Shown here piece by piece: positions 1 through 9,951 of a stretch of 64,000 bases of DNA. Below the pieces are notes generated by a model. It was given only the letters and a program-made list of their open reading frames with translations, was not told the origin of the DNA and ran no database searches. The stretch comes from Candidatus Latescibacterota bacterium (lineage in GTDB: Bacteria; Latescibacterota; UBA2968; UBA8231). The translations under genes and the position numbers were made by a program. Within the stretch, counting starts at the first letter, position 1; each line of letters starts with the position of its first letter. The stretch is taken from positions 4,864,001 to 4,928,000 of the forward strand of contig CBDETY010000003.1 of the NCBI GenBank assembly GCA_965243025.1. Direction: 5' to 3'.

Positions 1-829
1 CTTCGGCGATCATCAGCTCTTCGAACTCGCCGATCACGTGCGCCATCGCGTCCCCGGCGGTAATTCGCCGCGCCAGCGATTCCCCCAGCATGTCCGCCAG
101 CTGCAGCACGTGGGTGCATCCTGCGAGCTGCAGGATGTCGACCGACGCCGGCGCATCGGCAGTGCCGATGATCGGGATCTCTTCGGAAATCCCGCGCACC
201 GTCGAGGCTACCTGGGCGTTCACCTCGTCGCTGCAGGCGGTGACCACGAGCGCCGCTTCGGAGACACGGGCGCGGCGGTAGGCGTCCGGATCGTCGAGAT
301 CTCCGACGAGGACCTTCAGACCTTCGTCGGAGAAACGAATCGCCTCCTCCCCGTCCGACTCGATCAGCACGTAGGAGTAGTTGAACTGGGTCAGGCGCTG
401 GATCAGGGCCATGGAGACCGGGTCGGGCCTGGTGAGAACGACGTGGTCGCGGGTGCCCGGGTCGAGCTCGCGGGGTCTCCGCGCGTCGATCCGCGACTGC
501 ACCCACGGGGTCCAGAAAAACTGCAGGAAGGTGATCGGCAGCAGCATCAGCATGAAAAGAGTTCCGCTCAGCAGCACCATCATGCTGAAGGCGCGTCCGA
601 GATCGGTGTGGAAGGTGATGTCGCCGAAACCGAGGGTCGACATCACCGTCAGCGTCCAGTACAACCCGGTGAACCAGGTGTATTCGCGCCCCTCGTGAAG
701 CATCAGGACGTGGAAGAGGACGCTGAACAGCGCCACCAGCGCCACGAACACCGACAACAGGCGCAGCAGGCGGGAAAAGTTGCGGCGCCGCTGGGGATCG
801 TCGAGGAAAAACCGGAGAAGCCTCAGCAT
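1..829 (-). CDS. Potassium channel protein (pore domain + RCK/TrkA-N domain), truncated at the window edge
   Basis: Not in the ORF track; manual translation from ATG 829 gives MLRLLRFFLDD...LYWTLTVMSTLGFGDITF..., with a TxGFGD selectivity filter, two TM helices and a Rossmann-like RCK region (VLVGDLDDP). Confidence 0.85.
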   Translation of the reverse strand, partial: MLRLLRFFLDDPQRRRNFSRLLRLLSVFVALVALFSVLFHVLMLHEGREYTWFTGLYWTLTVMSTLGFGDITFHTDLGRAFSMMVLLSGTLFMLMLLPITFLQFFWTPWVQSRIDARRPRELDPGTRDHVVLTRPDPVSMALIQRLTQFNYSYVLIESDGEEAIRFSDEGLKVLVGDLDDPDAYRRARVSEAALVVTACSDEVNAQVASTVRGISEEIPIIGTADAPASVDILQLAGCTHVLQLADMLGESLARRITAGDAMAHVIGEFEELMIAE

Positions 830-840
830 CGCAACCCCCC

Positions 841-2466
841 CTACGCTCTCAACGGATTCTCCCGCAGCCAGGTGATCCAGCTGATGATCTCCTGGTGGCG
901 GTCGCGCAGAAGCACCTCGATCACCGCCGGACGCTCCGCGGCCAGGCCCCGCTCCAGAGCCGCGCGAAAACCGTCGAGATCCTCGACGCGCTCGGCATGG
1001 GCTCCGAACGAGCGGGCAAAGGCGACGAAGTCCGGGTTGGTGAGCTCGGTGTCGATGGTGCGGCCCTCGCAGTCCCGCTGCTGGGAGCCCTTGATCGCCG
1101 TCAGGGCGCTGTCGTTGACGACCACCGCGACCACGTTGATTCCATAGCGGACCGCGGTGGCCAGCTCGAAGCTCCCCATCAGGAAACCCCCGTCGCCGCT
1201 GAAACAGACCACGGGCCGCTCCGGATGGGCAACCTTGGCGCCCAGGGCGGCGGGAAAGGCGTGTCCGAGGGAAACCCCGATGCAGGGATAGATGAAGGTC
1301 CTCGGGTCGGCGATCGGATACTCGGAAAAGACGGAGTAGCCGATGCCGTGCACGTCGACCGACAGGATGCCCTCCTCCGGCAGCAACTCCCGTATCTCGG
1401 GCAGCAGCGGCAGCGGCATCTGCGCCGCAAACCGCCCGCGCCACTCCTCGAGCAGGCCGCTCCACTGGCAGGTGGGGGAGCCGGCGGCTTCGGCCAGTCC
1501 CCGCAGGCTCGCCCGCAGGTCGCCGGGAACGCCGGCGTCGCACTCGTATTCGCGGCCGATCTCGCTCTTCTCGGGATCGAGTTGCAGCAGCGGCCGCGGG
1601 AACTCGCGGGTCCAGTTGGCCGTATCGATCGAGGTAAAGCGACAGCCCACCGCCACCGTGCAGTCCGCGGCGGCCAGGGCCTGCTGGCCGCGGTAGCCGC
1701 TGAGGTCGCACAGGGCCAGCTCGTGATCCTCCGGCAGGGCCCCCTTGCCGCGGCGCGTGGTCGCGACCGGGGCGTGAATCCTTTCAGCCAGCCGGCGAAG
1801 CTCGGCCCGGGCCCCGCTCGCGATCACCGCCCCGCCGGCCAGCAGCAACGGCCGCCGCGCGGCGCGCAACCTGGCGGCGGCGGCCCGTACCAGGGCCTCG
1901 TCCGGAGCCGGGGCGGGCTGGTGCTCGACGCGGGGGCAGGCCGCGGCGTTGCCCTCCGCGGTGATCACGTCCTGGGGAAACTCCAGCAGCGCCGGGCCCG
2001 GCCGCGGCGAGCGCATGGCGGCGAACGCCTTCCCGACCTGTACGGGGATCTCCTCGACGGAGCGGACGCTGGCGCGGTACCTGGTTATCGGCGCGAAAAA
2101 AGAGAGCTGATCGAGGCCGTGGAAATGCTTGCTCGGATCGCGGGAGTAATGCTTCGACTCGTGCTGCCCGGTGATCAGCAGCACCGGAACGGAGTCGGTG
2201 CAGGCCTGCAGAATGCCGGTGGAAGCGTTGCTGGCGCCGGGCCCGGGGACGGTCAGCGCCACCCCGACGTCGCCGGTGGCCCGGGCGTAGCCGTCGGCCA
2301 TCACCGAGGCGGAGTACTCGTGGCGCACCAGCATGTGGCCGAGCCGGTCTCCTCCGCAACGCAGCAGGGAGTCGTAGATCTGGATGTTCTGCGTCCCCGG
2401 CATGCCGAAGATGCAGCCGACTCCCTGTGCCTTCAGGCACTCGATCAGGAGATCGCCGCCGCGCAT
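841..2466 (-). CDS. Thiamine-diphosphate-dependent enzyme (acetolactate synthase-like)
   Basis: FGMPG, VRHE, TxGPGxxN and GDGG...N ThDP motifs; start taken at MRGGDLL. Confidence 0.9.
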   Translation of the reverse strand: MRGGDLLIECLKAQGVGCIFGMPGTQNIQIYDSLLRCGGDRLGHMLVRHEYSASVMADGYARATGDVGVALTVPGPGASNASTGILQACTDSVPVLLITGQHESKHYSRDPSKHFHGLDQLSFFAPITRYRASVRSVEEIPVQVGKAFAAMRSPRPGPALLEFPQDVITAEGNAAACPRVEHQPAPAPDEALVRAAAARLRAARRPLLLAGGAVIASGARAELRRLAERIHAPVATTRRGKGALPEDHELALCDLSGYRGQQALAAADCTVAVGCRFTSIDTANWTREFPRPLLQLDPEKSEIGREYECDAGVPGDLRASLRGLAEAAGSPTCQWSGLLEEWRGRFAAQMPLPLLPEIRELLPEEGILSVDVHGIGYSVFSEYPIADPRTFIYPCIGVSLGHAFPAALGAKVAHPERPVVCFSGDGGFLMGSFELATAVRYGINVVAVVVNDSALTAIKGSQQRDCEGRTIDTELTNPDFVAFARSFGAHAERVEDLDGFRAALERGLAAERPAVIEVLLRDRHQEIISWITWLRENPLRA

Positions 2467-2500
2467 CCGCTGGCCCTCCGTCAGTCGCCCCGGCGGTGCT

Positions 2501-2719
2501 TCAGTTCTCCCAGGAGCAGGCTTCCGAGGGCGCGCAGCCGCAGGGGCCGCAGGGGGTCGGCGGAGCAGAGGAGCGCGCAGGGAGGCTGGCGAAGGCGGAC
2601 AGCTGGCGGTCAAGCCGGGGGCTGCCGCAGGATTCGCATACGGTTGCCGTTGCCACGGAGAGCTCGACAACCTCGAACTGGTGCCGGCATTCCTGGCACT
2701 GGTACTCGCGGATAGGCAT
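2501..2719 (-). CDS. FmdB-family zinc-ribbon protein
   Basis: MPIREYQCQEC...CESCGS pattern with a Cys-rich tail. Confidence 0.85.
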   Translation of the reverse strand: MPIREYQCQECRHQFEVVELSVATATVCESCGSPRLDRQLSAFASLPARSSAPPTPCGPCGCAPSEACSWEN

Positions 2720-2823
2720 CGGAAAGCCCTTTCTGTCGTCGCACCGGCAGTCGGCGGAGGCAACAGAATAAGGTAGGCCATCGCCGGCCCTCCGCCGACA
2801 AGGGCCCGCGCCGTGCAGGAAAC

Positions 2824-4398
2824 TCAGCGCAGCAGGAGAAGCTTGCGCGAGCGCTGCCGGTCTCCGACCTGCAGGCGGTAGAAGTAGACGCCGCTGGCAG
2901 CCTCGACGCCGCTGTCCGTGCCGCCGTCCCAGAAAACCGCGTGCATGCCCGCCGCCCGGAGACCGTCGACCAGGGTCGCCACCCGGCGGCCGGTGACGTC
3001 GAACAGAGCCAGCTCGACATCCGCGCCGGCATGCAACGAGTAGCGGATGGCGGTGCGGGCGTTGAACGGGTTGGGGTAGGCGGCTTCCAGCTCGAATTCA
3101 GCCGGCTCCGCCGCTGCCTCTTCGATTGCCGTGGCGGTCTGGAAGGTCACGCGAATCACCATGTCGTTCACGAAGTCGCTGGTGACATAGAGGTTTCCCC
3201 CGGCGTCGGAAAGGACTCCCACCGGTTGTCCGCGCACCCCCTCGCCGGGTGCCGCGGCGGGATTCCTGACAAGCGGTCCGAGTCCGGTCATGAAGTCGGC
3301 CAGCACCGCCCCGATGCCGTCGGGCTCGACGAACAGCACCATCACCTTATACCCCGGGACCGCGGCCTTGTGGCCTGACCGGAAGGCGATGAAGGCGGCG
3401 TTCCGGTACTCCGGTGGAAAGCGGTCGGAGGTGTAGAAATGAATGCCCATCGGCGCCAGGCGGGCAGGAGCGAGGGCCACCGGACGCGGAACCGATGCGA
3501 CGAGCAGGCTGTCCTGACGGGTGATCGGAAGCACCGGGGCGTACTGAAATACCGAAAAGTCGACCCAGGACCGGTACGCGTAGGCGAACGGCCAGCCGTA
3601 GAAGCCGCCGTCGCGGATAATGTCGATGCGCTCGGGAGGCAGCCGCGAACCCTCGCGGTCGTGGCCGTTGACGACCCCCCACAGCTCGTTCGTCGAGGGG
3701 TGCAGCGCCAGTCCCGTGGCGTTGCGCAGGCCCGAGGCGAAGACGCGGCGATTGGAGCCGTCCAGGTCGAACTCGAGGACCGCGGCCCGCTCCGGCGTCT
3801 CCTCCCGGCACACGTCGCAGGTGGAACCGACGTTGACGTAGATCTTCTCCCGAAGCTCGTCGATCACCACCGTGCGCGCCGGGTGCAGGTCGCCGTCGGC
3901 TTCCGGCAGGGGGGCGAGCTCGACGCGCTTCTCGTACACGCCGTCGCGGTCGCGGTCGGACAGGCGGACCAGGACATGGGTGTCGGCGGCGTAGAGATCG
4001 CCGGCGAAGAAGGCGATGCTGTGCAGCCAGCGGAAACCGCCGGCGGCGACGTACCACTCGTCGGCGACGCCGTCGCCGTCGCGGTCGGGAAGGGCGACCA
4101 CCTCGCTTCGCAGGCGCATGCTGGCGACGTGCAGCGTGCCATCGGGGCTCCAGGCCATGGATCGCGGACCGACCAGTCCGGTCGAGGCGAATACCCGGGC
4201 ACTGAAGCCGGGCGGCATGTTGAGGGTGATGTCGCCGGGAACCTCGCCTGCGAACCGCCCCGGCACGACGAGCGGAACCGGCTGCAAACCCAGGTCCCGT
4301 TTGGGAGTCAGCTCGAAGGTGCCGGGCGGGTACTCCTGCGCCGCGAGCGCGGCGGCGAGAAACAGCCCCAGTGCCGGAAGTGCCGGACGCGGTCGCAT
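2824..4398 (-). CDS. Secreted PQQ-type sugar/sorbosone dehydrogenase beta-propeller with C-terminal FlgD/T9SS-like domain
   Basis: Signal peptide; SGLRNATGL, GFYGWP and GQPVGV...GNLYVTSD motifs; C-terminal AYPNPFN...ASGVYFYRL...KLLLLR. Confidence 0.85.
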   Translation of the reverse strand: MRPRPALPALGLFLAAALAAQEYPPGTFELTPKRDLGLQPVPLVVPGRFAGEVPGDITLNMPPGFSARVFASTGLVGPRSMAWSPDGTLHVASMRLRSEVVALPDRDGDGVADEWYVAAGGFRWLHSIAFFAGDLYAADTHVLVRLSDRDRDGVYEKRVELAPLPEADGDLHPARTVVIDELREKIYVNVGSTCDVCREETPERAAVLEFDLDGSNRRVFASGLRNATGLALHPSTNELWGVVNGHDREGSRLPPERIDIIRDGGFYGWPFAYAYRSWVDFSVFQYAPVLPITRQDSLLVASVPRPVALAPARLAPMGIHFYTSDRFPPEYRNAAFIAFRSGHKAAVPGYKVMVLFVEPDGIGAVLADFMTGLGPLVRNPAAAPGEGVRGQPVGVLSDAGGNLYVTSDFVNDMVIRVTFQTATAIEEAAAEPAEFELEAAYPNPFNARTAIRYSLHAGADVELALFDVTGRRVATLVDGLRAAGMHAVFWDGGTDSGVEAASGVYFYRLQVGDRQRSRKLLLLR

Positions 4399-4409
4399 GC
4401 GAACCCTCT

Positions 4410-4573
4410 AGTGTCCCGTCGCAGAAATATTTCGACATCGGGAAGCCGATCCATCCCGGCTCACGGCGTTGCCTTCGCTCGCCGTACACCCTCGGTACGA
4501 CTCGCTCAGGCGCCTTGTGAGCCGGGCGCCTCGGCATCCCGATTTTGTCAACCTATCTCTGCGACGGGACACT
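4410..4573. mobile_element. MITE-like element with IS630-like ends
   Basis: Terminal inverted repeats AGTGTCCCGTCGCAGA (4410-4425) and TCTGCGACGGGACACT (4558-4573); CTAG at the left flank; nested internal inverted repeats; no transposase. Confidence 0.75.
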
Positions 4574-4576
4574 GAG

Positions 4577-5464
4577 TCACCCTGCGTCCCGGCGATGGCC
4601 GACGAATCCCCTGGGGTTCTCGAAGGCGTCCACCCAGCGCTCGCACCAACGGTCGTAATTCCGCTGCACGCTGTCCGGGTCGCAGGCGCTGCGCACGACG
4701 AACGCCGGGTGTCCGGTTCTCCCGGTGTGCTGCCCGCTTGTCTGGTAGCGCAGGTCGATCGACCAGCGGCAGCGGTCGGAACGGTTGGGCATCGAGCGGT
4801 GGGGTATGAAGCGGTGCATGAAGATGACGTCGCCGCGGCGGCACTCGAGGTCGACGGGATCCCCGGCCGGAATCTCGCCGGGGACGACGGTGGTCCCGAA
4901 ATCGGCGTGATGCCTGAGGTAGCCGATCCTGTTGACGCCGGGGAGCACCTGCAGGCAACCCATCTCCCTGGTCGCATCTCCGAGGGGCAGCCAGCAGGTG
5001 ACGATGTTGGTCTCCTCGGCCTCCTCCATCATCACGCCGGCGTCCTGGTGCCAGGGCACCACGTTAAAGCGGTCGGTTCCCTCTCCGTCAGCTGCAGGCG
5101 GTTTGGGGCGAATGTGCTGGATCGGGCTGCAGGTGATCTCCGGTCCGACGATCGACTCGACGGCGTCGAGCAGGTTGTCGTTGAACAGGAACCCGAACAT
5201 CGCCGGTCCGCGGCGGTGCATGATGTCCATGCCCTGGGCGACCTCCCCGCACTGCCGAGCCAGCAGGCCGAAGCGCCTGTCGAACGGCTCCTCCTCGTGC
5301 AACTGCTCGATCTTGCCGGCGATACGCAGCTCGCGCGCCCTGGAATCGATGAACCCGGATATCTCGTCGATGACCGGCTGCAGGTCGTCCCGTTCGAGGA
5401 TTCCCCGGGCGACCACAACGCCCCGGTCGTCGTATTCGGCATGCTGTTCAGGGGTCAGGCTCAT
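4577..5464 (-). CDS. Phytanoyl-CoA dioxygenase (PhyH) family protein
   Basis: WHQD (HxD) motif, distal His in PHRS, GCLQVLPG. Confidence 0.9.
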   Translation of the reverse strand: MSLTPEQHAEYDDRGVVVARGILERDDLQPVIDEISGFIDSRARELRIAGKIEQLHEEEPFDRRFGLLARQCGEVAQGMDIMHRRGPAMFGFLFNDNLLDAVESIVGPEITCSPIQHIRPKPPAADGEGTDRFNVVPWHQDAGVMMEEAEETNIVTCWLPLGDATREMGCLQVLPGVNRIGYLRHHADFGTTVVPGEIPAGDPVDLECRRGDVIFMHRFIPHRSMPNRSDRCRWSIDLRYQTSGQHTGRTGHPAFVVRSACDPDSVQRNYDRWCERWVDAFENPRGFVGHRRDAG

Positions 5465-5560
5465 CTCTTCCCTCGCGGTAAACGGTCGCTACGCCGTCGT
5501 CATTTCCCGTAAATATACGTACCGCAGAAGATCGCAAATCGCACTCACCGGAGACCTGCC

Positions 5561-6484
5561 GTGGCCCGCACCCCCGAAGTACTCGCCGATGGACTGTTCT
5601 TTCCCGAAGGACCGCGCTGGCGCACCGCCGGCATGCTGCCCCCGGCCGCCGCCGCCAGCGCCGGCGAAGGACGGCTGTTCTACTCCGACATCCTCGGAAA
5701 AAAGGTGATGAGCCTCGGCCTCGACGGAAGCCTCGAAGAGATCGCCGCGGTCCCCGGGATGCCCTCCGGCCTCGGGTGGCTTCCCGACGGAACCCTGGCC
5801 GTCGTCTCGGTAATGGACGGAAAGCTGATGGCGTTGCGCGGCGGCAGGCTCGAGGAGATCGCCGACATGATGGCGGTCACAGGCAACCTCTGCAACGACA
5901 TGGTGGTCGACGCCGGGGGGCGCGCCTACATCGGCAGCCCCGCGGGCGGCTGGGACGAGTCGAAGATCCCCAACCCGGGCAACATGCAGGGGTTCGGACA
6001 CGTGGTCCTCGTCCGGCAGGAGGGCGACCGCTTCGAATCCCGCATCGTCGCCGACCGCGTCACCTGCCCCAACGGCCCCTGTATCACCCCGGACGGCAAG
6101 ACCCTCGTCTTCGCCGAGTCGCTGGGGTTCCGCCTCACCGCCTTCGACATCGCCGAAGACGGCTCGCTCGAAAACCGGAGGCCCTGGGCAGATCTCGGCG
6201 CCCCGCCCGACGGCATCTGCATGGACGAGGAGGGATGCGTCTGGGTGGCCCTCTGCTACTTCGAATTCGGCGGCCCGGGGGGTTACGTTCGGGTCCGGGA
6301 AGGGGGCGAGATCGCAGACCGCATCGACGTCGAGGGGTACAGCGCCTACGCCTGTACCCTCGGAGGCCCGGAGATGAGGACGCTGTTTCTGTGCGAGTCG
6401 AAGGTGTTGGGGCAGGAGCGCTTTGCGGGCGACGGCCGCATCCGCGCGGTCGAGGTCGACGTCCCCGGCTCCGGTTCTCCCTGA
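5561..6484 (+). CDS. SMP-30/gluconolactonase family protein
   Basis: FPEGPRW, ND, PNG and PDGICMD motifs. Confidence 0.9.
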   Translation: MARTPEVLADGLFFPEGPRWRTAGMLPPAAAASAGEGRLFYSDILGKKVMSLGLDGSLEEIAAVPGMPSGLGWLPDGTLAVVSVMDGKLMALRGGRLEEIADMMAVTGNLCNDMVVDAGGRAYIGSPAGGWDESKIPNPGNMQGFGHVVLVRQEGDRFESRIVADRVTCPNGPCITPDGKTLVFAESLGFRLTAFDIAEDGSLENRRPWADLGAPPDGICMDEEGCVWVALCYFEFGGPGGYVRVREGGEIADRIDVEGYSAYACTLGGPEMRTLFLCESKVLGQERFAGDGRIRAVEVDVPGSGSP

Positions 6485-6545
6485 TTCGTTGTTTCGACCG
6501 CGGCTGACTTGTCCAAGGCATCCGGAGGTGGGGGCGGCGGACCAC

Positions 6546-6911
6546 TCAACCGCCGGCCCTCCTGGCCTCGAACCCCTCTTCCTCGAGGACGCGCACCACG
6601 GCGTCGCGGTGCTCTCCCTGAATCTCGATCACCCCGTCCCTGACGGTACCGCCGGCTCCGCAGCGGGCTTTGAGCCGCTTCGCCAGTTCCCGCAGCTCAT
6701 CCTTCCCGAGGGGCAGGCCGGTGACGACGGTCACTCCCTTCCCCTTGCGTCCCCTGGTCTCGCGCCCGACGCGCACGATTCCGTCCCCTTTCGGTGCCTT
6801 CGATTTCCCTGTGGGGCAGCTGCACCCGGCGGCCGGCCGGCCGCACCCGGGACAGACGCGGCCGTGCTCGCTCGAGTAGACCAGCGACGCGTTGCGCTGC
6901 CTGCGCCTCAT
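6546..6911 (-). CDS. yciH: Translation initiation factor SUI1 family protein (YciH)
   Basis: LVYSSEHG...RETRGRKGKGVTVV...CGAGGTVRDGVIEIQGEHR; ATG overlaps the upstream stop codon. Confidence 0.9.
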   Translation of the reverse strand: MRRRQRNASLVYSSEHGRVCPGCGRPAAGCSCPTGKSKAPKGDGIVRVGRETRGRKGKGVTVVTGLPLGKDELRELAKRLKARCGAGGTVRDGVIEIQGEHRDAVVRVLEEEGFEARRAGG

Positions 6912-8137
6912 GCGGCCACCCACATGTCCCGCGTGACCGCCTCCTCCGAGGTCAGCACCTCGGCCCCGGAAGCGGTCACCAGTACGACGTCTTCGAGGCC
7001 GAACTTCTCGCTCGCCTCCCAGAAAGGAAACACGCCGTCGAGAGTGACAAACGGCTCCACGCAGAGCACCATGTTCTCCTCCAGTGTCGCGGTGTCGGTT
7101 GCGGAAAGTCCCGGCTGCTCGTGCAGGTCGAGGCCGAGCCCGTGCCCTATCGCCGACCAGCCCGAGCGCAGGCACCACTCGGAAAAAGGGCGGTATCCGG
7201 CGCGGTTGTTGACCTCGAAGGCGGCATGCAGGAGGGCGTTGATCTCGACTCCCGGCTTCACCATGTCGATCGCGGCCTCCAGGCCGGCCCTGGCCAGGTC
7301 GAAGTGGCGGCGCTGATCCGCCCGCGGCTCGCCCACGGCGGCCATCCTCTTGAAATCGCACCAGTAGCCCTCGTACACGCAGCCGCCGTCGAACTGCACG
7401 AGGTCCCCTGGCTGTATCGCGTAGTCGGTCGGCATGCCGTCGGCCCACATGGCGCGCGGGCCGGCGTAGAGGGCGTTGAAGCGCTGCTCGCTGGCCCCGG
7501 CCGCGCACATGGCCGAGGTCATTACGTCGGCCACCTGCTTTTCGGTCATGCCCGACCGCAGCTGTTCGAAACCGGCCTTCACTCCCTCGGCGGAGATCTC
7601 CGCTGCCTTGCGCAGGCGCGCGGTCTCGGCTTCCGACTTGACGCTGCGAACCGACCAGACCGCGTCGCTGCCGTCGACGACCCGCGCCCCCGGCAGCCCC
7701 GCCAGGATTCCCGCAAAGTGCTCGTGGCCCATGTGCGGCTGCATGTCGGAGCTCAATTCCATGCCGAGCACACCGCGTTCCAGGGCTTTATCGCGCAGGA
7801 CATCCAGGATCAGGGGCGTTCCCGCGAAGTCCTTCGACATGTAGAACTCCCTGGACAGCGGCCAGTGGCGCACGTCTTCGATCCAGCACTGCTTCACCAG
7901 GTGCTGAAAGCCGTCGGAGGCCAGGAGCACCGGCTCCCCCTCGGCTGGCAGAACCGCCGGGAAGTAGAAATGGCGGGCGTCCCAGGCGCCGTCCCGCAGT
8001 CCGGCGAAGTAGCGCAGGTTGGATCGCCCGGTCAGCAACAGGCCGTCCAGTCCGCGACGCTTCAGGGCTTCCTGCATGCGTGTGTATCTCTCGACGTACT
8101 CCCGCCTTGGGAAATCCGCAAACGCCAAAGGTTTCAT
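6908..8137 (-). CDS. M24-family Xaa-Pro peptidase (creatinase N-domain + pita-bread fold)
   Basis: DGG...YWCD, GHGLGLDLHE, VEP and GLED metal-ligand motifs; start taken at MKPLAF. Confidence 0.88.
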   Translation of the reverse strand: MKPLAFADFPRREYVERYTRMQEALKRRGLDGLLLTGRSNLRYFAGLRDGAWDARHFYFPAVLPAEGEPVLLASDGFQHLVKQCWIEDVRHWPLSREFYMSKDFAGTPLILDVLRDKALERGVLGMELSSDMQPHMGHEHFAGILAGLPGARVVDGSDAVWSVRSVKSEAETARLRKAAEISAEGVKAGFEQLRSGMTEKQVADVMTSAMCAAGASEQRFNALYAGPRAMWADGMPTDYAIQPGDLVQFDGGCVYEGYWCDFKRMAAVGEPRADQRRHFDLARAGLEAAIDMVKPGVEINALLHAAFEVNNRAGYRPFSEWCLRSGWSAIGHGLGLDLHEQPGLSATDTATLEENMVLCVEPFVTLDGVFPFWEASEKFGLEDVVLVTASGAEVLTSEEAVTRDMWVAA

Positions 8138-8262
8138 CGGCTGCCTATCCGGCTGTTTATTCGGGATTTGCGCAAACTCCACCTCACCAATACTCTTGTG
8201 CGGCCGCAGCGACTCGAACCATACCTGCGCCGTATCCGCAGACTCGCCCCGGGAGGCAAGCG

Positions 8263-8766
8263 ATGGACTTCAACAAAGTTTCCACCCAGATACTGGAGCC
8301 CGACAGGAAGCTGGCGGCAATCGTCGGAGATACTCCTCGAACTCGCGGCGAGATCATTCGAAAATTCTGGGATTACATCAACGAGCGCGGGCTGCAGGAC
8401 ACGGACCGGCGCATGATCAACGCCGACAAGGAGCTGCAGTTGGTGCTGGGGGGCAAGAAACAGGTCAACATATTTCAGGTCGCGAGCCTGGTGAGCAAGC
8501 ACCTGAAAAAACCCAGGCCCAAGACAGACGGGGCCCAGAAACCGAAGAAACCGGCCAGGCCGGCGACAGCGAAAAAAGCCCCGAAACCATCCGAGGCGGT
8601 AAAGAAACCGGCGCCTCAGAAACAAAAAGAGGTAAAAGCCGTTTCCAAAAAACCAATAGTCGAGAAATCCAAGCCCGGAAAAGCCGCGCCCCCGAAAAAG
8701 GCCGGCGAAAAAAAACCGGCCGAACGTGCGGCACCCGAACCGGCCACCAAAAAACCGACTGCCTGA
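8263..8766 (+). CDS. SWIB/MDM2-domain protein with Lys/Pro/Ala-rich histone-like tail
   Basis: LAAIVG...RGEIIRKFWDYINERGLQD...INADKEL...VSKHL (SWIB), then a low-complexity KKPA tail; GGGAGG RBS upstream. Confidence 0.88.
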   Translation: MDFNKVSTQILEPDRKLAAIVGDTPRTRGEIIRKFWDYINERGLQDTDRRMINADKELQLVLGGKKQVNIFQVASLVSKHLKKPRPKTDGAQKPKKPARPATAKKAPKPSEAVKKPAPQKQKEVKAVSKKPIVEKSKPGKAAPPKKAGEKKPAERAAPEPATKKPTA

Positions 8767-8823
8767 ATACGGCCACCAGAAAAAACCCCGGGCGGATGCA
8801 CCTTCGGGAAACCACAGAGACAA

Positions 8824-8865
8824 CGAAGCCGGCGGCCTCGCCACGACCGCCGGCTCGAGACTTCG
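8824..8865. terminator. GC-rich hairpin between convergent genes (possible terminator)
   Basis: AGCCGGCGG/CCGCCGGCT stem with an outer CGAAG/CTTCG stem; no clear U-tract. Confidence 0.4.
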
Positions 8866-8895
8866 CGTCATCTCTCAGGCACCGGGGGCTTATGC

Positions 8896-9819
8896 TCAGG
8901 CCGCCGGTCCGTCGAGCGGCGGCAGTCCCAGCGCCCGCACCGCCCAGGGCAGCGACGTGCCGAGCTGTTGCCGCTGCACCTGGCGCACCCGGGGCGCCGT
9001 CGGGATGACCGGCTTGCCGGCCCGGCTTGCGAAATAGCCGCTGATCACCGCCGCCAGCGGCCCCCGGCCGGGCAGGATCTCTTCGGGGGCCGGTCCGCCC
9101 TCGGCATGCAGGCTCGGCGCCCATCCGGCGAGGTCGAGGTCCGGGTGGGCGAGACAGGCATGGTTCCAGTCCACCAGCACCGCCCTCCCGTCGCGAATAC
9201 AGAGGTTGTCGCTGCGCACGTCCAGGTGAGTGGGGAACGAGCCTTGGATCACCGCTTCGTCCGCGGCCGCGGCGAGTACCGGGGCGCTGTCCCGGAGCCA
9301 GCGACCGGTCGCCAGACCGAGGGACAGAAACGGCGCAGGTTCCTCGGCGACGCCGTGCCAGCATCCGGCAAGGCCCGAACCGGCAGAGTCCAGGGGGGAC
9401 AGGTGGCGGGAATCCGCCGCTTGCAGACGCGCGAACGCTTCGAAAACCCGGTCCACCTTCCCTGCATCCCACGGGGGAGGCCAGAAGCAGCCGCTCAGGT
9501 CCTCCAGCAACAGCAGGGGCCGTTCGCCGTCGTCCCACCCCTGCAGCTCCGGCATGAAATCCCCGTCGAGAGCGCCATACGCCCGGTGTTCCTGCCGCAG
9601 CCACCCCGCCGTCAGGGGATCGACGCCGATCTTGGCGAACGCACCGGGGCCGCCCTCGAAGTCCACCACCCAGCGCTCGGCCGCGGTGTAACCCCCGGCA
9701 GCGCGGCGAAACCGGATGGGCCTCCGGCCCGTCAGCCCGCCGATGCGGGCGACATCTTCACGACGCGGACCTTCCAAAATACAGTTCTCCTTCGTCACAA
9801 CAGTACCACGTCCAGGCAC
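8896..9819 (-). CDS. Aminoglycoside phosphotransferase (APH/ChoK)-like kinase
   Basis: HLDVRSDN catalytic loop and VDW motif; start uncertain. Confidence 0.8.
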   Translation of the reverse strand: MPGRGTVVTKENCILEGPRREDVARIGGLTGRRPIRFRRAAGGYTAAERWVVDFEGGPGAFAKIGVDPLTAGWLRQEHRAYGALDGDFMPELQGWDDGERPLLLLEDLSGCFWPPPWDAGKVDRVFEAFARLQAADSRHLSPLDSAGSGLAGCWHGVAEEPAPFLSLGLATGRWLRDSAPVLAAAADEAVIQGSFPTHLDVRSDNLCIRDGRAVLVDWNHACLAHPDLDLAGWAPSLHAEGGPAPEEILPGRGPLAAVISGYFASRAGKPVIPTAPRVRQVQRQQLGTSLPWAVRALGLPPLDGPAA

Positions 9820-9951
9820 CCGGGCAGCGGCCGGCGGCGGTAAATGCAGGTGGACCAGGTCCTCGGCTGAATTCGGCGTTGTCCGCCATGGTCCGCCGGT
9901 TTTACTTGGTTCAAACCGCTGCTGGACGAACCCCCTTTTCCTGGAGAAACC

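Noticed and set aside
8770-8895. CTCTCAGG reminiscent of a glycine riboswitch; short duplication of CGGCCACCA-AAAAACC
   Set aside because: It lies between convergent genes and lacks the GGAGA/CCGAAG elements; the duplication is too short to interpret.
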